From NCBI GenBank assembly GCA_012295275.1, contig CM022668.1, positions 5,828,001-5,892,000 on the forward strand: a DNA stretch of 64,000 bases. Direction: 5' to 3'. Made by a program: the position numbers and the translations under genes. Source of the stretch: Chrysomallon squamiferum. Its lineage: Eukaryota > Animalia > Mollusca. The stretch's first letter is position 1, and every line of letters begins with the position of its first letter. Below the pieces are notes generated by a model. It saw only the letters and a program-made list of their open reading frames with translations, ran no database searches and was not told the DNA's origin. Of the stretch, positions 18,301 through 32,891 are shown piece by piece.

Positions 18301-18567
18301 GTAAGTTAGTAAATAATAAAATACGAAAATTCATGGTAGAACTAAAAGCAGCAGTAGTAGCTGTTGTTGTAATAATGATGGTGTTAGCAGTAGAGTAGAA
18401 AGTAGAATGAATACTAGTATTCAGTAACAGCAGAAGCAATAGAAAAAACAAAACAACAGACGTAGTACTACTACTACTACTACTACTACTACTATATATA
18501 TACATACATATATATGCATGTTAACATTAATAATGGTTTGACTTACCCCTATTATTGTTGTAGCCAT
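11513..18567 (-). CDS. Sp6-9: Sp6-9 (Sp8/Sp9-class) transcription factor, about 448 aa; exons 18567-18547 (MATTIIG) and 12838-11513
   Basis: Joined N-terminus MATTIIG|[20 protein letters not shown] matches the Sp8/Sp9 start and SP box ([23 protein letters not shown]). Donor GGG|gtaagt, acceptor ttttcag|GAA, phase 0. Buttonhead box [13 protein letters not shown] and three C2H2 fingers ([75 protein letters not shown]) are typical of Sp6-9. Confidence 0.95.
12821..13168. repeat. 38-41-bp minisatellite spanning the Sp6-9 intron/exon-2 junction, with 8 copies of the splice acceptor
   Basis: Unit cagtgaggatgagattcctgaaaaacacaacaacaaca. On the minus strand each unit reads tgttttt(c)ag|GAATCTCATCC. 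Confidence 0.9.
13169..13636. repeat. (TGGA/TGAA)n simple satellite in the Sp6-9 intron with an internal ~150-bp-period duplication
   Basis: Runs of tgga and tgaa; ggaaaattaataaatgatgatagatgaatgaatgaatgagt occurs at about 13442 and 13594. Confidence 0.85.
14560..14830. promoter_or_regulatory. Candidate intronic enhancer of Sp6-9
   Basis: CpG-rich non-repetitive island within AT-rich simple repeats. CCATAAATCA at 14717-14726 is TGATTTATGG on the minus strand, the Pbx/Exd-Hox composite consensus. Confidence 0.4.
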
Positions 18568-18713
18568 TCGCCGCCGTTTCGAAAAGTTTTAAAGTTTCCA
18601 CGCTTTGACAGTTTTTAACTATTTTATACAAACAGTTTTCGTGTATGTTTCACCCGTGAAAAATCGCTTTCTAATGTTTCAGTGTGTTTTTTGTTTTTTC
18701 CTTTTACCTTTTA

Positions 18714-18770
<57 letters not shown>

Positions 18771-19699
18771 TTTTTTTTTTTTTTTTTTTTTAAATATTAA
18801 TTTTCTATTTGTTTTTTAGTTTTTCGTTTATTTTCTTTCTTTCTTAATTTCTTCGTTTTATATTTCTTAATATCTTCACCACATTTCCTTATTCCTCAAA
18901 TAATTGATTTTTTTTTTTCTCTATCCAGATTTTCTATTTTCTGAACTTAAATTATATGTATTTCCCTAACGTTGTGTTTTATGTTGACTATGATGTCACT
19001 GTCCCACGCGATGTCTGAGTCCACTCTCAGACTCTTTATTTCTACAAGAAAATTATCAGTTTCTCCCGTTGCATCAATTTTCTCACTACGTTTCTCAATT
19101 TCCTTGCGTAAACAGTCAATTTCTCAAGCACCTATCTCCTCTATTTTCTGTCGAGCTTATCAGTTTTCTCAGATATATTTTCTTTTTCCTCTACTATGTT
19201 ATTTTCTTTTGTTATCTTTTTTTCACGTACGTTCTGTTATCTTCACGTACGTTGTCTTTATTTCACGTACGTTGTTTTTTTCTCTCTCACGTAATGTCAG
19301 ACTGTTCGCGTTATTTCGTTATATTTTGACACGTAACGTCAAAATCTTCACGTACGTTTCCTTTTCTCTCACGTAATGTCAACTTCACGTGGTTTTTTTT
19401 TACGTTATATTTTCACTAGTAACGTCAATTTCTTCACGTACGTCACATGAACTGCTGACTTCGCGTATTTTGTGTTATATTTCGACACGTAACGTCAATT
19501 TCTTCTATATGCGTTCTCTATCTTCTCACTTAGACTGTTTATTTCTTCAAATGAGTTCTCTGTTCCCACAGGTGACGTCAATTTACTTCGCATCCGTTTT
19601 CTTGCAAACTTCTTCCCGTAAACTTCTTCTGTTTCTTCGCTGTCTATTTTTCAATAGTGCGACCTTCCTTTCGAGTTATCGTTTACACAATTGTGTGTA

Positions 19700-20150
19700 T
19701 TAGAAGACAGCCGGCCCGCCTATTCTTTGACAGATACTCGCGGAGGTGCGCATTCAGACTATTTATAACTACCAACCAGAACCCTTCTAAACCGCTTAAT
19801 TGCACCTCTTATCACTGGAGAGCTCTTAATACGCTGATCACTCGGTTGTTTTCGTGTCATTTCGGCAGCGATCATTGCTGTAATTTCGGCGATGCGGTAT
19901 TGAAAAGGGTCTGAAATTGATGTCATCGGGGGAAAAATAAGTGCCGCGGTACTCGGATGTGCCGGGTTCGGCGAAAGTTTTTTAAATTGCGGAAATGTGA
20001 TTGGGATCTGGCGCGTGTTGACTGTTAATTTCATATTCATTTAAATTAATTCGACACAGAAGGGGATGCGAGCGATTTCAATTAAAGAGAAATAGATTAG
20101 CGATGATGACATATCGATCTTGTGAAAACGCGTCGAAGTGTTTGGTTTTT
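19700..20150 (-). promoter_or_regulatory. Putative Sp6-9 core and proximal promoter
   Basis: Minus-strand TATAAATA at 19767-19760, about 1.2 kb upstream of the ATG. GC-box-like AGGCGGGCC at about 19712-19721. Embedded in a CpG-rich island. Confidence 0.5.
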
Positions 20151-20382
20151 TGTTATTAATAAAGTAGAAATGGTTACGGAAATGTTAAATGTTTACTCGA
20201 ATGTATTATATACGATATACTACGTAAATACAAATTTAGATTTTTGTCGCCGATAATTGTATTAAATGAATAATAATTAAAAGAAAAGTAATCACAATTG
20301 CACCACCAATAAAAACGGTAGTAGTAGCACTTGTAGCAGTAGTAACAGATATATAGTAGTGGAAGTATTAGTGATAGTAGTG

Positions 20383-20449
<67 letters not shown>

Positions 20450-21589
20450 TGATGATGATGATGATGATGATAATAATAATAATAATAATCATGATGATGA
20501 TGATGAAAGTGATAAATATATATATAATACATTTTGTTTTCTTTTTACGTTTGTAAGCATGCATTATGTGTGTGTGCGTGTGCGTGTTCCTTTAGGTTTT
20601 TTTGCATGTACTTATCTATGTATATTTGTATGTATGTTTGTACGTTTGCGTGTGTATGTATGTAAGTATGTATGTATGTATGTATGTATGTATGTATGTA
20701 TGTATGTATGTATGTATGTATGTATGTATGTATGTATGTATAGCCTACGAATGAAACAATACAAATAAATATACGAATTTATAATAACCAAAATTTAAAC
20801 GGCTAATCTAAACTATTAAAAAAAATGTATATCTATAAATTTTCTGAAACACGATCATACCTACATTAAAGTAAATTCAATTAAACAAACACGGAAATAA
20901 ATAAAACATTATTATCAACATTTTAGTCAAATTATGTTGCCCGCAGAGAAACCTTTAGCATTTTTCAAAATGTATGCTTCTAAATTTTTAAAAATAATAA
21001 GAAATAAAAAATAAAAAATTAAAAATTAAAAACGCAACAACAAAACTACAAATTTAAGTGAAAATACGCATCGTTAAAATCCTTTAATTTTTGTTTTCCG
21101 TTTATAAAATTTGAGCTGTGCATATGATATCTCTTTATTTATTTAAATTGGGAGACTAGTAAATTTATTTTATATTTTGTAGGTATATTATATTAGTATG
21201 TATTTCATTTGGAATTCAGAATATGTATTTATTTACTACAATATTTATACACATACATACAATGAGCAAAATAAGCACGTGCTTAGGGCATCAAGGCATC
21301 TCAGAAATTTTTCGTAGCCGAATTTAGCATTTAAGTTATTAAATTAATTAAATTTATAGCCATTTTCAAAATTTAATAAAATATGAATAAGTTTTGTTTA
21401 TAAACTGTTCTCTCCTGTGTAATCATGTTTATCCTTCAAAATAAAGTACATTTTTTTTTTTTTTATTTTGAATACAAATGTATGGGGGCACCAACTTTTT
21501 TTATTGCTAATGGCATCGAAGAGTCTTAATCCGGCCCTCCACATACATACATATACATATATATTCATATACATACATACATACATACA

Positions 21590-21669
<80 letters not shown>

Positions 21670-21675
21670 TATATA

Positions 21676-21723
<48 letters not shown>

Positions 21724-21955
21724 CGTACTTAATCTGGTTTGTTCGTTAGTTTATATTTTATTTTATTTTGTTACGGGTGGATTTAGATCAGTGATGCATG
21801 TCTGTTTGTTTGAAATTTACAAATTGCGCGAGGTTAAAGATTGACAATTTGATGACAAGAATTCTTTAAGAAGAGAACAAAATTAAAAACACGGAGAAAA
21901 ATAAACGAATGAACGAACGAAAGAAACAAACAACCAGCCAATAAATAAATAAATA

Positions 21956-21991
<36 letters not shown>

Positions 21992-23046
21992 AGTTAACAA
22001 ATAACACAAAGAAATAAAATTATTATTTTCATTTATATCACAAATTTTCGTCAGTCAAAAAAAAAAAAAAAAAAAAAAAAATAAAAAAATTAATAAATAA
22101 ATAAACAGGTAAATAAATAAATAAATAAATAAACAAATAAATAAATAAAGAAAGAAAGAAAGAAAGAAAGCAATCAAGAAAGAAAGAAGTAGTTTAAAAC
22201 TATTTTATTTATTCATTTGTTTACTTATTTATTTATTTATTTATTTATTTGTCTATTTGTTTGTTTGCTGATTTTTTATTTATTTTATTTTGTTTTTGTG
22301 TTTCTTTCTTTCTTTCTACGATGATATTTTCCTTTTCATCTTCGTTTTTCTGAGATTATTTTATTGTTTAATTTTCTCAGTTTACGTTTCTCACTCAAAT
22401 TCTATAATAACAATGATGAATAATTTATGGGACGATTCGGTTGTAACTAATAATTAGAGAAAACTCAAATCTGAGTCCAGTTCCTGCGTGCTTTGTGTCC
22501 CTACGTTTGATCCTTTTTTTAAAATTAGTAACTTATAATTAGCTGAAACGAAAATTTGTGGTTTATCAGCGGGTATTAATTTATTTATATTTGTTCATTA
22601 TTTTGACTGTTGTTGAAACTGATAGTTTATAATTAACATAATTAAACATGTGAATGTTTAAATATAGTGCTTCAGTTTATTTAGTCTGAAAAGTGGTGAA
22701 ATTTATAACTTTTAATTAAAAAAAGTTAAAACCCAAAATCAGGAGACGCGATTTTGGGATTTATTAGTTTCATCGTTCTGGTAAATTTGAAATAACTAAA
22801 ATTTAAAATAACTAAAATTTAAAATAATTCTTTACATACGTTTTGTTATCATTAGTTTGAAAAATATTTTTTTTTTTTAAAATAACTATTTATAATTAGT
22901 AAAATTTGATATTTGAGTTTTATCTACGTCCGTTTCTGTTGAATAGTTTTCGAAATTTAAAATGTGTCGTTTTTATTCATTTATTTGTTTCTTGTTCTTC
23001 TTATAGTTAGTTCCATGTTTGTTTATTTTATTTTGTTTTATGGGTC

Positions 23047-23084
<38 letters not shown>

Positions 23085-23122
23085 TTTATAAATATTATTA
23101 TTATTATTATTAATATTATAAA

Positions 23123-23165
<43 letters not shown>

Positions 23166-25968
23166 AATATTATTATTATTGTCTGAATTTGTTTTTTTAT
23201 TAGTATATGGTTTTATATCGAAAGGCGGAGTATATATTTATTTATTTATCTTTTTATTTATTCTTTATAGTTGTTGTTGTATTAATATATTGATTTATAT
23301 GCTCAGTTATTTAATTTATTTTTACTGTTATATATTTTTTTGATTTTTTAATTAGGCTATTTATTAATACTTACTACTTACTTTTTTAATTTATTTATTT
23401 ATTTATTTAATTTGTTACTTTGAATGACTGTTAAAATGAAATTTATTTTATTCGTCCTCACTTTGTTGTTTCAACAGAAAATTGTTCCTAAACTGTTTTG
23501 ATTTACTTTATATATTCATAAAAAAAAAAAACACATTAAAAATAAACAAATTTCTTACAGTCCATTAAAGCGTAGCAAAATCTAATTATTTTACTTGAAA
23601 GAAATTCTAATTTTAAATATAAGTCGATGTTTTGTGAGGATGAATTTTTCAGGTTGCTCGTACATTTTTTTTTTTTTTTGTTCCTTTAATTAAGTGATCT
23701 TTCTCTCTCTCTCTCTCTCTGGAAATAGTCACAGAGTGATGATAGAAAAATGGCGTGTGTGTATATATATATATATATATTAGATCATTTATTTTTACGT
23801 AGCAATGTCTCTTCAAATAAAATAAAAAATGATTTTCTTTTAAGCTTAACGGAGTTTTGCTCTTTTTTTTTTAATTTTTTTTTTTTTAAATTTTATTCTT
23901 TTATTTATTTTATTATATTTATTTTTGTTATTTATTTGAATGTTAACCTAACCAGTTCTTCTGTTTTTACCTGTGTAAAATATCGGTCAAATCATCCCGT
24001 CTGCTTTTCTTAAACAAACAGATCCCATTAACCAGAAGTTGAAAGTAAGATAATATATTTATAATCAAAACCAACGAACTAACCATCTAACTAACTAACT
24101 AACTAACTAAATAAATAAATAAATAAGAACAGAAAAAATAACAACAATAATAAAAACATTTAAAAAAAAAAAAAAAAAAAGACAAAAGACAAAAAAAAAA
24201 AAAAAAAAATACGATTTACAAGAAATTCTCGCACTTAATTTGGCGCGAAAAAAAAAAAAAATTAATAAAAAAAGCGAAAACAGACGAGCCCGAGGCGCAC
24301 GTGCATTTTAGCGCCGGGCAATTTACATAAAGACGCTTTCTCCCCGCCGAATCTATTTCTCGAGTCTGTTGTGACCTTTCTCTCAGACAAGTCCCGTGAT
24401 GAGAGCAATCGAGTGAGGAAGTCGCGAGAATTAAGCGATGTTCAAGAAAACAGATAATCGGCAGACGGCAGCTTTCTTTGAAGGCGAAGAAAAGAGCTCG
24501 CGCACGCTACGTATCCGCAGTCACAACACGAGGTCGGGATATTCGCGTACGAACAACCAATGAAATTACAGCTGGGCGCGCGCGAGGGCCGGTCCCTCGG
24601 GATCAAATTAAAATGCTTGTATTCCGAATTTAAATCGTTGTCGTTTTCGTTCGGGAATCTCTGATTAAAGACAATGACTATATAATTATAATTGCATTCG
24701 ATTTTCTTGACATTTATAATAAGATGGCATCGAAGTGATTTTGTGTAATTTTGTGTAATTTTCTCTAGTTAATGATCCCCATTTGACAACAAAGTCAATA
24801 ACGATTGGTGCACTCGGAGCGGAATAATGAATGCTCCCTCGATATCGCATGAATACAAATATGGCTGAAAGGTCAATGCAAATGGCGATTTTTTTTCTCT
24901 CTCTCTCTTCTTCGCTCTTTCTTTAAGTCATTTTTTTTTTTTTTTTTTTTTTTCAAGACGACGATACAAGATCAGATGTTTCCGAAGTAGGTGAACAATG
25001 TCGTTACTTTAATTAAGAGTGTAATTTATTGATCGAATTAGTTAAATCGTCGCTAATGGTAACGACAAAACGATATTTTTCGTTTTCTCATATTTTCCTT
25101 TCGTTTCGGATGAAGTATGTAATTTAAAATAATTGTGATGACACGGCGTACGGACGCACAGACAAAACGAACCCGTGATCATAGCGTTAATTGCGAAACA
25201 TGCAATTAGATAAACAAGACCTGTATCCATCGACCACCTGCGCTATATCTGATTATGAGACCACCTTCTGTAACGGATAAAATTATAACTGGCAAGAATA
25301 AAATATATTAAAATGACTTGCGTTCAAGTTAGACATAACACGATGAACAATTTCACTAAACACGATCTTGTACAAAACGACCACCTAAACAAACAGGACA
25401 TTATTACTGATTCTCTAATCATATATATATAATAGATATTGATTACAAAAGAGTAATTCATATATATATATATATATATATATCTTACAATGAACTATTT
25501 AATTTACGGGAAACTTTTTAGTACAAACACCAACATAAATACGTCATTGTAAACCCATTAACAACTAATGCTATATTTCTTTCCCCGAGATAATTTAGAA
25601 CCAGACTAATCCGGGACTAACGAGAGACTAAAAGTATCGGGATCAAATTTCGTCGGGGTCTTGCAGTACGTCACGTGGTTTCAATGACGTATAACAGATC
25701 CCGGAACGTGATTTTTTTTTTCTTTATTTGCTGTGCTGCCCTGGATGCAAATGCAAACCATTCCGTGACGGCCATATTCGTTGTAAAATATTTATTTAAT
25801 AATCAAAACGTGGTGCAATTACGTTAAAGCACGTGAAAGTCAACCACTTAATAATACAAATACACACGTAATAATAATACACAAGCTTAAACTGCATATT
25901 CATTAACTTTATATGATAAATTCAGTTTTTGAAAAAAAAAAAATAATAATAATAATAAAATGAATAAA

Positions 25969-26046
<78 letters not shown>

Positions 26047-26698
26047 TAAAATTATAAAAAAAGAAAAAACAACCAAAAAATACTACTACTTTTACTGTGT
26101 ATATATATACTTTAAATCTTCCAGTATATGACAATATATTTTCTTGTCATATAAAAATAATAATAATAATGGTATTACTATATATATATATATACATTGT
26201 GTTATAGGTACATACACACCCATGAACCCGCAAATGACAGCTATTTTCGACAAGATTATTATTATTATTATTACTAATATAACTTTTACTATTATTATTA
26301 TTACTACTACTACTACTACTATTACTATTACGATACTATTACTACTGTTGTTGTTACTATAATAATTATTAACGTCATCGCCATTATTTCTAAAATATAA
26401 CTTTGTGAATATTATTTACTGTATTTCTGTTTCTCTCTTATTTTTCAGACGCACTGAAATGAAATACTGTGATGATGTTTTAGCGTGCGGTGGACAATTT
26501 TCTGCTATTTTTGGTTGATATAATGTTTGTGTGACACAAGTAAGATAAGATTACAAGTAATATAAATAATATTTAAAAAGTAAAAGAAACGCAACATGAA
26601 ATTTCAGAATTTAAAACGTATCTCTGATGAAAAGAAGAAACAGACTGAATGTATATTTAATTCTTCCAAATTACCTTTTACTTATTTATTTATTTATT

Positions 26699-26733
<35 letters not shown>

Positions 26734-27519
26734 TGTTATTAATATTATTATTATTAATTTTCGTTGTTGTTTCTTGTTTTTTATAAAAAAAATTATTTGT
26801 TTTTTTATTTGTTTGTTTGTTTGTTTATTGTTGTTTCTTTAAATTTATTTATTTCTTTGTTTTAATTTATTTTTTTATTTTAATTTAATTTTATTCTCTT
26901 TTAATTATTTATTTATGTATTTTATTTATTTATTGTCAGTTTATTTATTTAATTTACTTATTTATTTAATTTAATTCAATTTAATTTAATTTAGTTTTAT
27001 TTTATTTTATTTATGTCAGTATTTTTTCCTTGCTGTCCACACTTTTAATTTAATTTATAAATATATTTTTCTATTATCGTTATTTTTATAATGAAGACCG
27101 ATTTTTTTTAAATTTTTTTATTTTATTCTTGTGGCTCCTGTATGTATCCGGGATAAAATGGGAGCACTTTCTATAAATAGTTTTATTTTAATATCAAATT
27201 TCTTATCAGTCATGACTGTTAGCTCAAAATAATAAAATTATAAATTTTAAGTACGAAGAATTTTTTAGATTATTTATTAGTACCGCCACTGAATATTAAT
27301 ATATATATATAAATAATAGTTATTATCTTCACTAGAATGAAAGTAATATAAATAATTCCTATTTATGTAGCTTAATTTTAATATATATTTTCATTATACA
27401 AAAGTATTTTATTTGGAGTGGTTTTTCCAGTAAAATAAATTTACCCGATATATTATTTACATACAGATATAGACATATATGCATATTTATATTTTTTTAT
27501 TATTTATTTGTTAAAAAAA

Positions 27520-27555
<36 letters not shown>

Positions 27556-28531
27556 CAGTTCTCTAATTCGAATATTTTTATTTTATTTTAGTTTGTCTGA
27601 GTTTTTCTTTAATATATTTTATTTTCGATGGCTAACAAAATTCATGAAATAATTAAATCTATTTAATATTTTCAGATTTTTGTTTAAAAGACAGAGAGTG
27701 TGGAATGTCACTGGCAAACTTAGAAAAGCACATTTTTTAATTTTTTTATTTTATTTTATTTTACTTTATTTTGAGAGAGAGTTTATTAGATAAATACAAA
27801 AATAATTTATATCTATAACTATCTCTCTGTATGTCTGTGCGTGTTTGTGCGGGCGTTAGTGTAGAATTTATTTTAAATATAAATGAAATTTATATAAATA
27901 TATAAATAAATAAATTCTACTTCTATGATGTTATTCAAAGATTATTATTTTTTTTTCTTTCTTTCTTTATTTCTTTATATATTTATTATTATTATTACTT
28001 CTTTTTTTATATAATGCTTAGTAATAATATAAAATGAAGTAAATTTTGTTTCGTTTACATTTTCTTATTTCTTATTTATTTCTTATTTACTTTTTACAAA
28101 GAAAGTAATAAAAAAAAAGAGATTGAGATTTGCTGATTATGTATACACAATGTGCGTGTGTGTGTGTTGTTGTTGTTGTTATTCGTTAGAAATTCCGGCT
28201 TTTCTGGTTAAATTTATTAGTTTTAAAATAATAAATTTTATGCAGAAAGCGATTATCACATATTATCAGATTTCTGTTTTCTTTCAGAAGATAAAGTGAA
28301 GAAGAAAAATATAAAGAAATGAAATTAAAGATAATGAAAAGAAAATATATAAAATTAAACTTCCATATTTTGAATTATTTTATAACGAATTAAGTTTCAG
28401 AATTTATAATTGCTTTTTTCAGATTTAAACTTTTGAAATGAAATGTGTTAAGTTTTATTCTCTTAGTTGTTTTTGTTATTATTTATCTATCGGAACATTA
28501 ATCCGTTGTTGTAATCATTATTATTATTATT

Positions 28532-28579
<48 letters not shown>

Positions 28580-28744
28580 GCTGTTATTATTATTATTATT
28601 AAGAACTTTCTTCAGAATAATATCTTTCAAGCCAGTACTTATATGTCTTTAGAGAATTCAAAAAAAAAAAAAAAAATAAAAAAATAAATAAATAATAAAA
28701 AAGAATTATTAAAAAGTGAAATGGAAAAAAAAAAAAATAAATGA

Positions 28745-28778
<34 letters not shown>

Positions 28779-30138
28779 AGAAATTTTTAAAGAAATAAAG
28801 AAATGTTACCGCCATTTTATTCCTTTACCTGAACACAAACATTAATTAACGAAAATTTTCTCCATTTTCCTTACCTCGACTTTTCCGACGTGTTTCATAT
28901 TCTTGCGCAGAGTCCAAACGTAAGTAGTACGTTTGGAAACCGTCTGTACAACCCGCAGAATGTCGTTTGGGTAGACCAGTCCTTCGTGGTTATGGCACAC
29001 ACCGCTGGCTTGCATGGAAGTACCATGTAATCAGTCTAACACACCGAGAACTGAAGAACAACAGTTTCGTAATTTAAAAAAATAATAATAATAAAAAACA
29101 AAAACAATAAAATAAAAGCCACATGAAAAACGCAGTCTTCGCCCGAGCCTGTTATTAAAAAGAGACCGTGAAATGTACACTTGTTGTCTTGTCTCGGGTT
29201 TAATTCGCAGACGACACGATCTGGAGAAAAAGGCGGGAACAAATGTCGTAGACTTTGAAAAGCTAATTGCTACCAATGACGGACTAAGTTAGCACAACTA
29301 CTCCGGTTCTCAGTCACTCCAGGGAGGAATTTACAACGTCAGAGTCTACAATTGGTTATTAACAATCAATGGTGGTTAACTCAGTATTTAGACAAATCCA
29401 ATGTCGCGATTTGAAAGGACGCTGGTTCAAAACCAGGGTCTGATGATATCTGCATTAAATTTAAATTTAAAACCGTCTGCTGCTACTCGAGTTAATGGCA
29501 CGTGTCAAGCGCGTGCGTGAAATTATCGTTTAAAACCTCGTTAATTTAATTAAACTGACACTTGCAGAGAGAAAATAATAATAATAAAAACAATAAAACA
29601 AATAAATAAATAAATAAATAAATAATCCTGATAGTAAATTAGTTTTACTACTACAGCGCAGAACCATAATAGATCATTAGTGTTTTGGACAATGTCTATC
29701 TATATATCTTTTCTGTCCGTCTGTCTGTCTATATGTTTATCTATCTGTCTGTCTATGCTTGTCTATCGTTTATTGTATTTTTGCTGCTATTGCTGTTACT
29801 ATTACTTTTGTTTATGTTGCTTTTTCAGATTTTAAATAAATATTATCTAACCGTTCGAATAACTTGTGTGTGTATGTGTAAGTGTGTGTAATAATACCTA
29901 CATTTTTTTTTTCTCCTTCCCGCTTATTCATTATTGTCAAAACGTAATTATTAAAGAGAGACTATAACAAACCCATCGTCATCTTGTTTACGCCATCTTT
30001 CATAAAAATGATGGTTTGAAAACAACCCGTTATTATCAAACAAACAAGTCTACACAGACAGAACCACAACAATCATCTCAAAGAGCCGAAAACAACCGAC
30101 AACGACTTGATAACTGGGTAAAGAGTATATATAATTAT

Positions 30139-30176
<38 letters not shown>

Positions 30177-30477
30177 GTTTAATATTTACGTCGTCCTCAT
30201 TACGACGACAGCGCGGATTTTCCAACAACAACGGATACCACCGCATCGCAACAACACCCTTTAATTAGTTATGACAGGCGGATTTCGGGGATAGACTAAT
30301 TCGCGACACCGGAGAGGGTGTAACGAAAACAGATCAATGGAGAATACAGCAACCGGGGTGAAACCGCGACCGGCTCACGGTCCTTCGGTTACAGTCAACA
30401 CGGCTTAGCGTATCATTTCAGATAAAGCAGTGCACGGGTGAGAACAATAATTATACTAAAGATATGTCTGACTGCGT

Positions 30478-30552
30478 GACTCGCCGGCACGATGGTGTAA
30501 ACGTCGGCGTTACGGGTCAGAGGTCCACGGGTTCGATTTCAGGTATCGGTTT
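30478..30552 (+). mobile_element. tRNA-derived SINE head or tRNA-like relic
   Basis: gatggtgtaaac (A-box-like) followed by agaggtccacGGGTTCGATTtc (B-box). No pairing acceptor stem was found. Confidence 0.4.
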
Positions 30553-30816
30553 CTCGTCGAAAATAAGCAGGTAATGTTAGACTGACTCCCATTCGTAATA
30601 ACTGTTTTAACTGTATCTAAAGAAGTATTTAGATTTCGTGTTTGTTTTATTGTTGTTGTTATTACTATTATTATTATTGTTGTTGTTATTATTATTATTA
30701 TTATTATTATGATTAGTAGTAGTAGTAGTAGTTTTTTGTTTTTTATTATTTTATTATTATTACTGTTACTATTACTACTGCTGCTACTACTACTGCATTT
30801 TATTTATTTATTTATT

Positions 30817-30897
<81 letters not shown>

Positions 30898-31528
30898 TTG
30901 TGTTGTTGTTGTATATTTAGTTTCAAAATGCCAATACACATAGTAAAATAATTTCAGTACATAAATAAAATATAATGAAATATATTAAAATTCAGTGCGT
31001 AAAATAAATATTTTATTGTAAATATAAATATCATAAAAATAATTCTTAACCTTAGGAAAATATATAAAAAGAGTAAAGTAATAAAATATTAAATATATTA
31101 TTTAACTATGGAAATAAAAATCTCAACCATCTCTCAAATATTAAAATTAAAAATTACATAGATAAATGATGATAGTAGTATTACTAATAGTAGTAGTAGT
31201 AGTAGTATAGTGGTAGTAACGGCATGGTGCCTGTATTAACAATAATAGTAGTAGTACTAGCAGAAGCAGCATTAGTAGTAATTAATAGTAGTAGTATAGT
31301 AATAGTAGTAATAGTATAGGAACAGTATAGTAATAGCAGTACATAAAACAACAAGACTAAAAATAAACATCCCACATGATACATCAGTAACAAAAAATAA
31401 AAATTAAAATTACAATACGATCTGAATTTAAATTATCAATAAAAAGGGATCGTATTGATTATTATATATTGCTTTTCAGACATCCGGGTAATGTTTATAT
31501 TTTAAAAGAAATAATAATAATAATAATC

Positions 31529-31568
<40 letters not shown>

Positions 31569-31892
31569 CAATATCAATAAATTAATTAATAATCAAAAAC
31601 AATTTTTTAAAAAGAATATTCAGTAATAATAATATTAATAATAGCAACAACAACAACAACATTAATTAACATTTTGGATTACAGTAATTCAATTTGTATT
31701 ACTTACTTATATATTTCGAGAAGACATTCTACAAAAATTAAAAACTAATTACTTATTCTTTCAGTAACGAACACAATACATACGAAAAGAACGTAACTTT
31801 TAAATTAATTTCATTTATTTATTTTTTGTACTTACAAGGTTTTTGATCTTTGAAATAAAGGCAGGCACTACTACTACTACTACTACTACTAC

Positions 31893-31930
<38 letters not shown>

Positions 31931-32189
31931 TTTTGTTGTTGGTTTTGTCTCTACATATCAATATTAATTTCATTATATATAATTTTTACTAAATAATTAG
32001 CTGCTGTTTACAATGGGAAAAAAACAAAGAAAAGAATCTGTGAAAAAGAAACTGACGAAAGAAAGAGCCAACAATATAAAGAAAAAATAAATCAAGAACA
32101 AAAAAAAATATATATATATATAAACAAGCAAGCAACCAAAAAACAAAGAAGAAAAAATTAATAATAATAATAATAATAATAAAGTAGTA

Positions 32190-32230
<41 letters not shown>

Positions 32231-32257
32231 GTAGTAATAATAACAATAATAATTAAA

Positions 32258-32317
<60 letters not shown>

Positions 32318-32840
32318 AAGAAGAAGAAGAAGAAAGAAAGACTTAAAGAAAATAAATCGTCCAAAAAAAAAAAAAAAAAAAAAAAGACGCTAAATCAACA
32401 ACCGTGTACTGCGCATGCACGCTCGGCCGTTGCCACCGATACGGAATAAAACGGGGAATCCGTCATCTTCCCTCGCGAGCCCGTAATACGACGAGGTCAG
32501 CCATAATGGCTGCAGATTACACTGATAAAATTGATAATAAATGCTACTCCGAGGCGAACTGCGTCCTTTACTTCATTAAAACATTTATACCGTAGGATGA
32601 ATTAGGAAGATGATGATGCTTTTGCTTTGGCTAATAAGCACCTTCTGCGTTAGTTGTCTGCTCTCGCCAGCGCGCTCTGTTATTTTCTGCCGGAAAATGC
32701 CGGAAACACGAGAAATCGCCGTCTTTAACGTTTATTTATGGCGGCTTCATTATAGGTAATCACGAGCGGTTCATGTTGGATTGCATTTGATCACGTCTGA
32801 TTATGTTCATCGCTCATCAATCAGGTTCTTCTTGGAAGAA

Positions 32841-32891
<51 letters not shown>

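Noticed and set aside
21270-21540. GC-richer ends (gcacgtgcttagggcatc ... cttaatccggccctc) resembling a MITE-like element
   Set aside because: No matching terminal inverted pair or TSD could be established by eye; too weak to call.
28920-29030. Possible structured ncRNA (5S- or miRNA-like) in a CpG island
   Set aside because: No recognisable family sequence or extended hairpin; an Rfam scan would be needed.
30478-30552. Functional tRNA gene
   Set aside because: A B-box is present but no acceptor or anticodon stems could be paired; treated as a SINE-like relic.
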